NCBI GenBank assembly: GCA_029850515.1
Contig: JARCRW010000017.1
Coordinates: forward strand, 8,591 to 72,590
Length of the DNA stretch: 64,000 nt
Direction: 5' to 3'
DNA from: Nitrosotalea sp.
GTDB lineage: Archaea > Thermoproteota > Nitrososphaeria > Nitrososphaerales > Nitrosopumilaceae
The position numbers were made by a program, and so were the translations under genes. Each line of letters opens with the position of its first letter. Position 1 is the first letter of the stretch. Below are positions 63,912-64,000 of the stretch, piece by piece. A model generated the notes under the pieces. It saw only the letters and a list, made by a program, of their open reading frames with translations, was not told where the DNA came from and made no database searches.

Positions 63912-64000
63912 CTACTTGTGTGGATTAATCAAGTCATGTTCGTCTTCTATCTGTATTGTGCAGTGGTCTATTCCAAACCTGATCTTCATCATACCTTTTA
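63912..64000 (-). CDS. C-terminus of a cation diffusion facilitator (CzcD/ZitB-like) transporter; the rest lies beyond the window
   Basis: Hand translation ...KGMMKIRFGIDHCTIQIEDEHDLINPHK*, matching the CDF FGI-x-H-x-TIQ-x-E motif. Confidence 0.7.
   Translation of the reverse strand, partial: KGMMKIRFGIDHCTIQIEDEHDLINPHK

Noticed and set aside
1-64000. CRISPR array, rRNA, replication origin (ORB/cdc6), transposase
   Set aside because: No regularly spaced repeats, rRNA-like GC-rich blocks, cdc6 gene or transposase motifs seen.

Overview
A 64-kb, AT-rich, gene-dense chromosomal segment of an ammonia-oxidising-type archaeon (Nitrososphaerota/Thaumarchaeota, probably Nitrosotalea- or Nitrosopumilales-like; inferred from the eukaryote-type topoisomerase IB, histone, PEFG-CTERM protein, TFE-beta, S30e and frequent TTG/GTG starts). 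Most of it is core information-processing and metabolism: Hrq1-like helicase (5' truncated), top1, the rpl21e-rpo4-DUF655-rsmA-hemK operon, radA, pyrD/pyrK/pyrF, nop5-fibrillarin, rnhB, trm1, rlmE, apt-mtnP, ubiX, the aIF2b-DUF424-eIF1A-RIO1-KH-top6B-top6A operon, uppS, purA, tsaC-THUMP, rps17e, tatD, PGM-thiL. There are four tRNAs: Met-CAT with an 18-nt intron at non-canonical position 30/31, Ser-GCT, Cys-GCA and Thr-CGT. I found no CRISPR array, transposase, integrase or rRNA. Several genes below the ORF-track cut-off were recovered by hand: S30e, an RHH protein, DUF5679, zinc-ribbon microproteins and a 60% acidic 35-aa peptide. Best leads: (1) a stand-alone CheA-P1/Hpt-like protein whose phospho-accepting His is replaced by Asp, next to an RHH gene and a PAS kinase; (2) a Urm1-like ubiquitin fold with an internal HGG fused to KEOPS Cgi121, beside tsaC and THUMP; (3) two long hairpins framed by a TATA-like box and an oligo-T run in the gap between radA and rps30e (candidate ncRNA); (4) an Lrp-GAF regulator with two phased palindromic operators; (5) the hyperacidic peptide convergent on a membrane-protein/wHTH pair. 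All family assignments come from motif recognition, not database searches.
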